62,077 nucleotides of DNA from NCBI GenBank assembly GCA_012026655.1, contig JAAILG010001770.1, positions 1 through 62,077 of the forward strand, in the 5' to 3' direction. The notes under the pieces are model-generated. The model worked only from the letters and a program-made list of their open reading frames with translations. It had not been told where the DNA came from and did no database searches. Of the stretch, positions 1 to 12,695 are shown piece after piece; within the stretch, counting starts at the first letter, position 1, and every line of letters starts with the position of its first letter. The DNA is from Hydrolagus affinis. Taxonomy: Eukaryota. The position numbers and the translations under genes were made by a program.

Positions 1-187
1 GTTTGAAGACTTTCCTCTTCGACCGTGCCTTTTGTTCCACCCCGAATTTTTCGACCTCCCCTACGTGTTTCACCCCTTCCCGAACACTCCCCTCCCAGCT
101 CGGGTCACACGCCTCCTGTACAGCGCCTTGGGACGTCCTCCCGATGTGAAAGGCGCTCTATAAGTGTAATTGGTTGTTGTTGTTGTT
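1..187 (+). mobile_element. L2-type LINE 3' end
   Basis: LKTFLFD-type ORF2 end, 3' stem-loop AGCGCCTT...AAGGCGCT and a (TTG)n tail. Confidence 0.75.
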
Positions 188-380
188 AATCCTTCAGATC
201 GATTCCTTCCACTGATAACACGCAGCCTTATAGACTATGCTTAATTTATTTCATCTTCCAAGGTATGGCTCTGCCAAATCTCTCCCCATCCAAAAGATAA
301 TTTCAATCAAAAGCAATTGAAGCATCTCCCTGATTCTCTTTACCCTCTCCCCAATCTCCCTGAAACAGACAATTCCGATG

Positions 381-737
381 ATAATAATAATAATCCTTGC
401 GTTTGATGTAGCGTCTTTTCAGGTCTTCCGAGACGTCTCAAAGCTATTTACAGAATATACTGTAAAGTGAATTGACTGTATATTTTGTGGGAGAATTGCG
501 TCAATGAGTTGCATACAGCAGTGTCCCACAAACAGTCATGGATTAAGGTAACCATTTCTTTTTATCCCCAGAAAAGCGATCCGCCAATCAACTAACATCC
601 GGGTTCTTACTTACTGCTCGTTAAACAGGATTGTGGAGTAAGAAAACTTGCTCAACATTTCGCCCTATTGGGAATCAAGCCCAAGTCTCTCACTTGGGAG
701 GCAAGTTCTCTAACCACTGAGCTACAAAAGACTCCAC
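381..737 (-). mobile_element. tRNA-headed SINE with Deu-like core and L2-like tail
   Basis: Reverse complement of the family seen at 50378: head GTAGCTCAGTGGTTAG, core GGGACACTGCTGT, tail ATTATTATT. Confidence 0.8.
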
Positions 738-1273
738 TTTTATAGATATCAATGTGGCATAAGAGGCATAAAACAAAATCTAGGTACAGCAGTAACTCTC
801 CATAAAAAGAAATGTTGGACAGTACTTGCTCTGTCCAGGAAGAGACACAGAATCACCAACATACCAGTAACAGGGAATAATGGAAGCCTGGGGTGATCAC
901 AAGGCAGTGAATGATCTCACTGAGAACTTCAGATAATGTCAGAAAGAATGAGAAGAAAACCCAGTGTATCTTGAGATGAGATTGCAGTGTTGATTTTGTC
1001 CTAGGATATATATTTTTTATGATTCACGCCTTGAAATGAAGCAAGCTGGCTGTTCACTATTCTAATTCAGTGTATTCCTATCCAGATGTCCTGTCTGGAG
1101 TTTTTTTTAAACTGAGAGCAGTCTGGGTGATTATTAAAGTAGGAGCAGTGCAAGGTACAGGGCCCAGTATCTGGGACTAATATCTTAGAAGCTGCATTCA
1201 AATGATTGGGATCAGGGATTCTTACTGCTTAGAAGAACCTGCATCATAATGATTAGACTGGTTATACCGGAAA

Positions 1274-1905
1274 ACACAACAAATTACACTTATACAGCCC
1301 ACTTCACGTCATAAAGACGCCCCAGGGAGCTGGACAACCAGGGAGTTTGGACCCGAGCTGGGAGTTGGGGTCAGAATAGGAGGAGGGCAGTGGGGGATGG
1401 GGGGTTAGGAGGGTGGTCGAAAGCATGGTTGAAGAGGAAGGTCTTCAGACAAGACTTAAAGGGAGTAGGCAGAGGAATTGCAGGATAGAGTTCCATAGGG
1501 TGGGGGACAGAGATGGTGAATACCTGACCACCAATGGTGGGGCGGGAAGTGCGGATTGCCAAGCTGAAGCAGGTCAGTGTCCACCGAGCTGAGGGAGGGG
1601 ACAATCTGATAGTTGTGAGGTCAGAGAGTTAGAGGGGAGCGAGACTTTGGAGAGCCTTGAAGATAAGTACTGTACAAAGGTTTTGTACTCGATTCTCTGA
1701 GCAATGGGGAGCTAGTGAAGCTGGGCAAGAATGCGGGTGATAGGTTTCTGAACCTGGTGTGGGAGAGTACACGATCTGTAGAGTTCTGAATAATCTGTTG
1801 CTTGTGGAGGGAATAATTGGGAAGTTCAGTGAGCAGGCGGTTGGCATAATCAAGCCACGACATCATTAAAAGTGTGAATGAGGGTCTCACCAGCCTGTGG
1901 TGAGA
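1274..1905 (-). mobile_element. L2-type LINE 3' fragment (degraded ORF2 C-terminus)
   Basis: Frameshifted peptides LDYANRLL, IIQNS, PTIGGQVF, FKSCLKTFLF, similar to 26233-27309. Confidence 0.8.
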
Positions 1906-3086
1906 GGCAAAGTGCTTAACTCAGTGGTTTGAGAACTCGCCTCGCAAGCGAGAAGACACATGTTTGATTCCCGGGCAAGGTAAAACTTTAGGGTAATTTC
2001 TGTAATCCGCACACCTCTGTTGACAGTGCCCTACTGAAGCCTGGGTTGACATTTTGGTGAGGGCAGAGTGACGGGAGCTTTCCTTTGCTTCTATGTGCTT
2101 GTGGCTGACACCACGGGAGCCTGAAATAGAAAACAAGTTTCTATTTTACTGCAACGTCAATTTGATAAACACAAACATTCCTCCTGCCGCTGCCAAGAAA
2201 GAAACATTGGATTCCTGGCAGTTCGAGTGGTGAGTCACATCCCAGGCAATTGGTGGTGCGTATGTTCACAGTGATTAAGATCTGTTTGTGTGATGCTTTT
2301 TTCTGGTACAGTTCATGCAGTTACTCTATTATGTATGAGTAAAACGATTTACATTTACATAGCACATTTCATGTCAGGAAGATGCTTCACAGGGCCTCGC
2401 ACGAGTTGACTGGGAGTCCCTAGGTGGGGGTAGGAAGGGTGGGGAAGGTGGCCTAAAGTATAGTTGAAAAGAATAGGGAAGAGAAGGAGGGGACAATATG
2501 GTGGGAGTTTAGGATGGTATTCCAGAGTAGAGGCAGAATGGTTGATAATTCACCAACTATATCTCTGCGATGGTGGTACAATGTATAAATAAACCGAGTC
2601 AAAGGTGAGCCAATCAATCAGCACGGCCCTCATTCCACCAACCAGGAACTTATAGGCTCAATGCCAGCCTGAGGCTTGCTACCAGCTTCTCATTGTCTGA
2701 TCTTTAAAGGATATATGAACCCTTGCCCAGCGTTTCCCCAGCAACCTGCCGTGTTGAAAGGAAATCAGATTTATGAGCTTGAATGTTTTACTCTGGGGAT
2801 CTAGCTGGTACTGATCTTCATGCAAAGATTCAGCTGCCGCATGCATTTTGAACAAACATAACCTGTCCCTGTACTTCCCCTTTCCCCATAAACCCAAGGT
2901 CTGTCAGTTGAGTTTTGTGCCCTGACTGGTTAAGTGTTGATGGAGTGTGTTGTGGGAATAGTTGCATTTTCTTCACATTGTCATCCAGGGTGTAATGGGA
3001 TGACTAGAATCTGTGACACTACTTAAAAAGAATTGTGGCAAAACAAGCTTCAAAATTAAGATTGCACCATCTTACCTTACGTCAAA

Positions 3087-3362
3087 TCGCTTCGCAAGTG
3101 AGAGACCTGGATTCAATTCCTGGTAGGGTGAAACCTTGGGCAAGTTCCCTTACTCCACACCACTAATAATAATCCCTCAAAAAAAAAAAAATTGGGTCAT
3201 TTCAATCCACGACTGTTTGTGGGACACTGCTGTGTGCAATTGGCTGCCCCGCTTTGCCCACAAATATAGTCAATTCACTGTACAGTACACTATATTGAGC
3301 TTTGAGATGTCTAGCAGACATGAAAAGCGCCTTATCGAATGCAAGGTTTATTATTATTATTA
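3087..3362 (+). mobile_element. SINE copy (same family as 50378)
   Basis: Shares GAAACCTTGGGCAAGTT, GGGACACTGCTGTGTGCAATTGGCTGCC and the TTATTA tail. Confidence 0.8.
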
Positions 3363-3439
3363 CAGTCTGAATGCTGATATCAGACTCCCTCTTGCAGAAT
3401 AACCTAATTGTGTGGCAATCCCAAAACATGTGACGTTGT

Positions 3440-3795
3440 GGCTGTCTGGCTCAGTTGGCAGGAATCTCACATCTGTGTCAGAATGCTGTGTGTTCAAACC
3501 TCAAATTGGTACTTTGAACTCATAAGTCTAGACCGACACTCCAACACAGTGCTGCATTATCCAAGGTGCTGTTCTCCTGACAAGACATTAAACTGAGGTC
3601 CCATTCAGGTGAATGTTAAAGATCCCAAGTAAGATTGGTTACTCATTTTATATCTGTTTGTAGAATATTGCTGTGCGTAAATTGGCTGCCATATTTGCCC
3701 TATAAAACGCGTTGTCTTTTACTGTATATCTTGTGACGTGCTATGAGAACTCCTCCCAATGTGAAAGGGGCTATATTATATGCAAGGATTATTAC
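3440..3795 (+). mobile_element. Older Deu-domain-like SINE
   Basis: tRNA-like head GGCTCAGTTGG...GTTCAAACC, then GCTGTGCGTAAATTGGCTGCC and an L2-like tail; related decayed copies near 19410-19620 and 25440-25815 (-). Confidence 0.55.
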
Positions 3796-4145
3796 TGTTT
3801 CATTTAATTTTTCAGGCAGTAGCCCATGAATTTCCTGTTGGAAAGTGTATCTGAGTTCTGCATCTGCCAACTGATGACCAACAGATAATGCTCTCTTGAA
3901 CTTTCCTCGCCCTGCTGCCCCCATGAGAATTGAAGTATTCACTTAGCTCCTTTGAACAGTTATACAAATTCTCACTTTCCCACGTTATATTCAGACCAGG
4001 CCTCGTCATGTGGACAATTGGAAGGGTAAAGGCAAATGTTACCTCTCCAGGTCACAACTTATTCATGCACCTCAAAAAACACCGGGGAGCACAATTCTTT
4101 AGAAGGTACAGGAGAAATCAGCAAATCCAATAAAAATGGACGAAA

Positions 4146-4283
4146 ACGCAAAACACTGCAGATGCTAGAAATCTGAAACAAAAACAGAAAGGCAGCATCT
4201 ATGGAGGTACGAAAACTTTTCCTTTCTCCATAGATGCTGCCTGACCTGCTGAGTTTTCCCAGCGATTTCTGTTTTTGTTTCAA
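4146..4283. mobile_element. Internally deleted inverted-repeat element (Penelope-like family)
   Basis: Arms GAAACAAAAACAGAAA/TTTCTGTTTTTGTTTC and GGCAGCATCTATGGAG/CTCCATAGATGCTGCC; homologous to 47695-47909. Confidence 0.6.
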
Positions 4284-5515
4284 ATAAAAATTAACATTGG
4301 TTTAAGGTAGTTTGGGAGTAGAATTAAGCTCTTAGTAGTTGTGTTAACTTTTGTGTTTAAGAAAAATGTAGTTTTCCCAACAACTGGATTTTCAGTGACT
4401 ATAGGAGGAGAAAACATTGCCAACCCAACTGCTATTCAGTAGCTACTAGTGACGTGTGTGTGAGTATGGATAAGAATTAGATAGAGTTTGCGTCTACCGT
4501 TAACACTCCCTGTCTGAGTGCTCAAATGAAAATAGTTACTCGGACAATGTGCTGTGTGCTGGCGTTCACTAGTGGTATTCTCCTGGCTGGATAGGAAGGG
4601 AATAAAAGCGAGAGTCACCTACTAATTTTCTCTTTTGAGTTCATATGGTTAACAAATCTCCCCAAATGCGAGCCAACAAATTGCTTCATCAGAAACACTA
4701 GAAACATCAGAAACTTTCTATCCTCTGGTACAGTGTCGACCACAGTCAATCCATCAACGTCACAGAGACTAACTGCAGTAAACATCGATTGCTCTCAGAG
4801 AAGAGGGAGCGGAGAACAAATGACCTAGGAAGAGGACTCTTCCCAGAGTGACTGAATGAGATGCTTCGAGAAAAGCTTGACAACAAGATTGATTTGAGCT
4901 TCGCATTCGTGTCTACGGAAGCTAATATTGCATTTGGTAAATTTACGCAGCAAATCAGCTGAAAGGAGAGATTGATAGAATGAACATATGAGGTGGGATA
5001 AAATGCCTTGTCTGGATATAAAAAAACAACTTGCAGGCAATGGTTTTTAGACATCTGCGCAATGGCATAGCTCACATTAGCTGTATTTTTGTTTAAGAAA
5101 ATTCTCTAGGAACAGACACTGTGCAAGATCTTATGAATACACAAGGAAACTCTTACAGAATTGATAATATTTTAAGAGATTTCCAGTCACAGAAGTGTGA
5201 GAGCAGTGGGATTGCTGAATGCCTTTGTTCCTGTCCCCCACCTTCAAGTTTAACTGTTGTTAGTAATTCTTTGGTTGAAAAGCAGGGTCAAGTGATTTAC
5301 TCAGAAACCTGGCAGTGATTTGATTAGTGGTTGTTAAGAGGTATGTATGAGCAGCCGAGTCTGACTCCTGTATTCACTCCCTCTGTCTGGAAGAACGCCC
5401 CCACCTTATCTTCCAAATATCACAGATACTCTTGGTGAAGCTTGGTTGTTTTGACTCTGGAGCTGAATGTCTCTACACATCAAATCACTTTCCTTCCTGC
5501 TCTGCGAAAGGACTT

Positions 5516-5835
5516 ATAATAATAGTAATAATCCCTGCATCTGTTTCAGTGCTTTACCATGTTGTTGAGATGTCTCAAGGTGATTCACAGATTATATTGT
5601 GAAGTGTAGAGATTGTATATTTGGAGGGAGAAACACAGCAACCAAATGCAGTGTCCCACAAAGGTCGTGGATTGCGTGGCCCTATTTTGTTTTGAGGGAT
5701 TATTATCTACAGAAAGTGGTCCCTAACAACTAACAACCATTTCCTATTTACCGTTTGGAAAACAGAAGTGCATGGAATAAGGAAACTTGTCTGAAGTTTC
5801 ACCCAGTCTAGAATCAAACCTGGGTCCTCTTGCTT
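5516..5835 (-). mobile_element. SINE copy (diverged)
   Basis: Similar to 381-737. Confidence 0.65.
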
Positions 5836-8720
5836 GGCTATAAATGAACATGAGAAATCTACAACAAACCAGTGCCTGTCAGAGAGGATGGTGAGTTAGT
5901 CTGTCAGTGGCAGAGTCGCTTTTTTTTGCATTTGTTTTGGGTTTAACATCTGAAGACTGAATGCACTCAGATTTTTGATGCTTCAAATTGCGTCTCTCAG
6001 TGATATCTTATCCACAGATATTCTTGATCAGACTGACTTGGTTCTTTTCCCGCAGGCTTAGTATCAGCCGTTTGCAACAGGAAATAGCTGACGGCTGACA
6101 CAGCCGCACACCCATTCGCCTCGGCTTGGGTTGAATTCTGTGTTCTGTGGGGAGAGCGGGATGGCTGCGGGCCTGACTGACAACCACATGCATCTGGCAC
6201 TCTACACAATGTGATGCTACTGGCCTTAGTTCAAAAATCCAAGTAAAGTAGAGGGTTAACCTGCCTTTCTGTAATGATTGCTGTTACGTGTAGTGTGTGG
6301 CTAAGGGGGATTACTGCTGTGGATTCAGGATATTTACACTAAAGAAATGGTTTGATTGAAGGAGGGAGCAGGTTGATTTAAAGGCTTGAATGTCAAGTAC
6401 TCGTGTAGAGAGATTAAATGAAGAACTGACTGGAAGTTCCCAGGAGAGGCTCTGTACCAGCCAGCGATTGGGAAATCGGTTACAATGGCAATACATCAAT
6501 TTTATTTTAAATAATCGAGAGAATGGTTCTTCCCTCTAGTGGGGAAAGTCCAGAACGAGGGGACATCATCTGAAAATTACAGCAGAACAAGTTAACAAGA
6601 AACATCATGAGACATTTCTTCCACACGTAGTGTGTGAATGTTGAACGCATTCCCCAAGGAGATCTGAGATGCAGAGCGTTCTCACACCCAGAGACAGAAT
6701 AATCCTTGCTTTTGATTTAGCATCTCTCATGTCGGGAGGACATCTCAGAGGGCTTAACGGAGTTTTATTTGTAAAGTGTAGTGACTGTGTACTCTGTAGG
6801 CAAATGAATGGAAATCCTCCTTGTGGATGATTGTTTATATGAGAGTGCGGCACTGGCAGTGGCATCTGCACTGTCAGATAAACCCAGTGTAGAGAAGCAC
6901 CAAACTCTTCTACAGCCTATTTGTAATCTCAGGCCTCAAGAGATTTAATTAAGTGCAGGTCAGGGTAAACCGAAAGGAATGTAATTTCTCTAGGGTTTGT
7001 AGTGAGGGCAGCCCTCAGTTCATGTGCCAGGAGACTGCCTGCTGCATTCCAGTTGATAGCTGAAATCAGGAGCGAGGCTTATCATCTGGTTTATCAGCTC
7101 GATGTGAATCTCTGTGAAGAAGCAGCAGCAGAAAAGTCCACAGTCAATTGACAGGACCTTTTCTCTGGCCTCCGAATGAACACAAACAAACAGCTCTCCG
7201 TTTCCTACGCTCAACCAATTATTTATTAATCTACTTCAAGTTCACAGTGCAAATATTAACCAGGAGAAAGACTTTGATTATGTAACTATCAGTCCCTTGT
7301 TATACCCTTGAATATACTCTTGCCCAGCAGTGAAATGAACTAGTGTCATGATATCGAGCCCAGTTGAATGTGCATAAGGTCTCACCACATTCCTGACTCT
7401 GCCTGCTTTGAACTGAGACTGACATCCTAATTGCTAATGGTTCTTTGTTTAGTCCTAGTTTTGCCTCGACAGGATTAAACTAACAATAAACTCTCAGAAA
7501 CTGCCATCCATCCTCCTGACGCTGCAAGCCGTTCCCTTTATTGTATCGCTCTAATAGGCTTACAGACCCACGGTTACCATGGCGAAAGCTTAAAGATGGC
7601 AGCTGAGTCAGATTGCCTATTGTGTAGCCATGAATCCGAGAAGCGAGTGTTACGGGTTAAAGTGTGAAAGTCCTCACTGGTAAAGAGAGAAACGGTTCAG
7701 TGACGTCCTCCACAGCTGCAGCCGGACAGAAAGAAAGAAAGAGGTTACCACAAGCCACTTGATTGGGTTTGCCCGCAAAGAAGGCTGGTGGTGACTCTCT
7801 CCTTGAATAAAGACAACCATTGACTGTCACACTTGTTCATTGTGCAAGTCACCTTGCTTCACTAAGAAGGGCGTGTGAAGTGCTCACAAACTTGCTTTGT
7901 CGGGGCATTCTGCGCGACCAAACCACTTTGGTTTGTTTCTAAATAAAAAGTTGAAGACTAAACACAGGATCGAGATAAGCTAAGCGACTATACCGTGACC
8001 TGGGAAGGAGAACACAGTAACACAGTCGCAATGTGGTGGGACCTTTTGGGATACTGGTCCATTCTATTGACAGACTGTGCTCGGGACACTGGCATTTGTT
8101 CCAAACAATTTGGATGTAGGAAGGAATCAGCAGGCCCCTGAATTGGGTCATGGGTTGTCCTTGGGTTCATTACATAAAGACTGAATAGATCATGTTATCT
8201 TATCAGATGCATCTCCACAATTAGGCTTTTGTGCATCGCTAGTTACCAGCTCTAGAAGTCTCAGCTCTGAATAAATATTGGTTTGTATAACCCACTGCAG
8301 GAATTGAAATTCTACACAAGTATTGTGGCGTTGCTACTGGCTATAGATACTGCAAATGAATAGTTCAATTGGCTCCGCATTTTCACGGTGTAGGAAATGC
8401 CAGCGTGAGCTCCGATCATCAAACGATTGACTTTCTGTTGAAATATGCCTCGAGCTTCAACCCACGGAGTTGGGAATAGCCTTGTGCTATCTCAGCGATT
8501 ATTGCAACTGAAGTGAAATTGAAGTCCTCTTTGTGAGCTCTGGGCCTAAGATCTGAAAATCTTCAGTGCGGACACCTGGCCTCAATCTTTTCTTCTCCGT
8601 TCCAAACATTTCCCAAAGTTCTTTCTCTACAGTAGATACCACAGATACTTTGCCTCCATCGGTCTTCCACAAACCAGGTGTGTGTGCATTCCTTACCAAA
8701 CTTCCAGGAAGCAATATATA

Positions 8721-8934
8721 CAGTAAAAGCCTGTTTATCCGGCACCCTCGGGACCTGGCCAATGTCAGTTAAAGTGCCTACTGGATATTCGGCCGAAAAC
8801 GTAAAAGATAATTAAATAATTTAAATGCATTTTTCCAGATAAATTCCGGTTAATTGAATGCGGACTTTTTTTTTGCGATGCCAGTTATACAGAAGTTACG
8901 GTTGATAGGGTGCCGGATAAACGGGTTTTTACTG
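8721..8934. mobile_element. Tc1/mariner (pogo/Tigger-like) MITE
   Basis: 28-bp TIRs starting CAGT (26/28 match), TA on both sides, 214 bp, non-coding. Confidence 0.85.
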
Positions 8935-11900
8935 TACATCATCCTTCAAAACGGTCTAGAATCTTCTACATGTCGCTTGTAAACCCCCAGAAATCACAGG
9001 TACACCTCCATAACAGATCTCTGAAAATCGTGTCTGTGAAAATCCAGCATTGGACTGAAGCATCAGCTCTATTGTGGAGCTTCAACCCGCACATTCTGAG
9101 TCTGAGGCCAGAGTGCAACCGAGCTGGGCGTCATAGCTGTTTGTGAGATTTTGCTTGAGCTAACGACTGCCATGTTTGCTTACAAAAATGTTCACTGTGT
9201 ACGGTATTTACTTGGCAAGCTCTCTAACTTCCTTTGATGTAATAAATGTAAGATTTGTTTGTTTGTTTGTGATAAAGCGCTGGCAAGGGAAAGAAAGAAG
9301 AACACAAATGGCAGCATCGCTTACTATAATCTTCCAGGAAAACTACAGCAACAATTCAACACCGACTAGGTTAGCTTGTATGCTGAGAGAATATGTTTTG
9401 AACAGTAAACAGAATAATTAGTATTTACTTGAGCAAGATTGACCAGTGTACTTTCTGTATCTCCGAGGGATGGCACATCCTGTTTATGTTGAGGAGCCAG
9501 ATGATCAGGGCAGTGAGTACAAAGACGCAATGAAGTCATCACAAACTGCTCTTGTGGTCTGGATAAACAACTCGAACAAAATAACCTCTCAAGTTCGGGT
9601 TTTTCCTCTGCAGTGTGTGTCCTGCAGCGTGTTCCCGCTGCAAGTCGAGCCGTGTAAGAAAGCCCGGCCAAGATAGAAACAGGAGGAAACCACTTGGATC
9701 AATGTGGATTTCACCTCAGTCCAAGATGGTTTCAGAATCTGAAATCTGCTGAATTCACTCCCAGGACAAGTTACCTTTGTCTATCGAGAACAACATTTAC
9801 TTTAATTTCTAATCCATTCTATTTGTAACGTGCGCTGAGATGTTTATTTTACGTGAAAGGAGGTTACTAAAAATGGCATTTATTATATCATTAGGTGTCT
9901 GAAATATTCACACATTGCATTTCTTTACTATTTAACTCAATATAGTATCACCCCAAAGCAATTTCACGAATCCCCTTTGGTCCTGGGTGAGGCTTGCTGT
10001 CAATATAGATGAGTGAGTGCCTGGCTCGGGGTCAGACTCAGCTACTGTAAAGCTCTCAGAGACGCTCCCCAGCGTGAAGGGCGCTATTTAAATGCAAGTT
10101 GTTGTTGTTGAGCGAGTGCCGGTAAGGCAGGTTGTGATAGGAATCCCAGGAGAACCACATTGTCAATGGCCCACAGCCCAAAGTTGATGGTCGTCTTGAC
10201 GTATAATAAAAATAAATAAAGCAATAGCAAAATCCAAGTAGGTTAGTGTGAGAGGTTGTACAAAGGCTTGTGAAGAAATATGCTGAATGCTTTCACAACC
10301 GTCAAAGGAATAACGCATATACAAACGAGTCATATCTTGCAAAAAAAAATTATCAGCCAACACAGATTAGTTATAATAAAGGGCGTCATTCCACCGATCT
10401 CATATCAGGAAATGAGCCCTAGCATTATGCATTACACATAAACCTGCACTTCAAACAGTGGTAATGTTTGTCACTTTTAATGAACGAATACAAGCCTATA
10501 ATAAGCAGGGAAAGTACCCACTGCAACAGCACCTCAGCATTTCAGACCTTTCTCTTTTTTGAGGTTAAGAAAGTCATTAAATGTTTCGTTGTTATTGGCA
10601 ATCGCAGAGGGCCAGCTGGACTAATGTGTTTGTTGTCCTGAAGAAGCTTAGAATCTCCCCATTGCAGCCTTGTTCATCAAACCAAGACATGCTTTGTGTG
10701 CATCAGCTGTTTGTCAGCTGGGTGCGGTGTGTGAGAAAGCACTTGATACTGGCAGGAGGAGAAATAGACTAGCAACAAATTACACTCCAGACCAACACAG
10801 GATGGCATTCAACAGCAACTTAATAACAAGATAAAGATTCAAACTTGGGAAGGAGGATGGAAAGATAGACAATTGGGATCCAGAGGTAGTCATGTGGATT
10901 GATAACAACAACAGCAAAATTACATTTGTATAGGAGGGCCTGTCACGTCGGGAGGACGTCCCAAGGCCTTAAGAAACAGAACAGCTGGACAGATCCTAGC
11001 TGTCACATCTGACAGAGAGCTGGAAAAAACCAAGGTAGGGAGATGACAGGCGATAAGTGGTACAAAAAGAGTCTGCTTGCAAGCTTAAAGGTTTTGTTGA
11101 TGTTTTAGCTAAACGCTGCATGCTGCATCCCATCTATAACCTAGGAAAGGGAGGGACTCAGTTTCAAATGACGCCTACTTAAAGCAATAGCTTATACAAG
11201 CACAACAACAACTTGCACTTATATAGCATCCTTCGCGTAGGGTAGCGTCCCGGAGCTCTTATACAGCAGTCACTGAAAATCTTGCTGAACAATCGAACGC
11301 TCTGGACTGCTCTGTTTCAGAGAAGTGACCATTGAATAAAGGCTGTGGAGTTCAACTACCAATCAATCTGTCAGTTGCTGCATTGGTTCATTTGTGGAGC
11401 TTATTTGATTGATCAGCTCTGAGGCAATGAATGAGGTGCAGAATGAATGACAGCACAAGTCAATTGCTGATGTTAACACTTCATATTTAGTTTCCATAAG
11501 ACCTGCTTTAAGCAACCAACAAAGATAGCCCAACTCGCAGCTCAATACCCCTATTGAAACTGATGAAAATGTGGCGTCTATTTTAGTCCATCATTGAGTG
11601 CGTCAATTGAATGCTCATGTACGTTATATAATTTTCATCATATGGTGGACAGATGTGAACAGTGGCTGAAGGGACCCTGTCTTTTTGGCACTCGTGTACT
11701 TCTCCTACTGCATGTGGTCTCTGGCATTGAATGCACCACAGTAAACTAGTGGTGAATGCTAAATGAAGCATTGGATACCTAAGGCTTATGAAGAACTTTA
11801 ATTTCTCGTTAGCTAAATCAGTTACACAATGTCTTGGCTCTTGTTGAAATGCATAGCAAATATCTGGAAATGAGTTACCAATCTACAATCTAGTTTTAAA

Positions 11901-12334
11901 GAGTTCTAATGACACAATAAATTGAACGTTCGAAATTTGAGCGTCGTATAACTACCCACACAAAGCCCCCTCCCCGGCTATTACTGGGTGAACTCTGTGT
12001 CTATGTGCCGCTTAAGTACATCTGCTGGCGTCATTCATCAGGAAGGTTCTGCTCCATTTGTCTTTGAAACGTTTATTTTTGCGGCGATTTGTTTTGCACT
12101 CTCTAAGGTCAGTGCTCGGAACAGAAAATGTTTCCATATTTGGCACCTGACATGGATGCAGAATGCTTTGAGGTCAGGTGTACAAAAGTCGGCAGCTGAG
12201 CAACTCTTCTGCGCTTTCTGTGTGATGTCTAAATCCCGGGCATTTCACATGTTTTTAAAAAAAAAATGTGGAATCTAAAAAGGGTTTCCTTCAGATAACC
12301 AAAAGAACCAAGGGGAACTCTGTTCCTCACTCCA

Positions 12335-12615
12335 TGTATAGGAACAAGACTAGGCCATTTAGCCCCTCAGGCCTGTTCCATTATTCTATTAGATCACGGC
12401 TGATCTGTACCTCAAATCCAATTACTTACCTTTGCCTTGTATCCCTCGATACCCTGACCTAACAAATAAGTATTCTCTTGAATAGTCTTGAAAACGTGAA
12501 TGGATCCAGCATCCACACCTTTTGGGTGGAAAGAGTGCCAGATTCCCAATACCTTTTGCATGACACAATGCTTCCTGATTTCACACTTATCTAATAAGGG
12601 GATTCCTTTAGATAA
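12335..12615 (-). mobile_element. CR1-type LINE 3' fragment
   Basis: AGGCCATTTAGCCCCTC...GGCTGATCTGTACCTC and CCAGCATCCACA blocks shared with 56155-56545 and partly with 30845-31020. Confidence 0.6.
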
Positions 12616-12695
12616 TTGGAAGACCCACAGGGAATTTCACCTCTTGTGTTCAGAAGCTCGCTTCACATCATTAATAGCTTCCTGTTTGTTTGCAG

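Noticed and set aside
4861-4936. ATG-led segment MLREKLDNKIDLSFAF... with G|GTAAAT donor as a DENND2B first exon
   Set aside because: The donor is phase 1, incompatible with the phase-2 acceptor at 12696.
12616-12695. N-terminal extension of the 440-aa ORF (MEDPQG...)
   Set aside because: It starts at TTG and is intronic sequence upstream of the 12696 acceptor; homology begins at CRSVSP.
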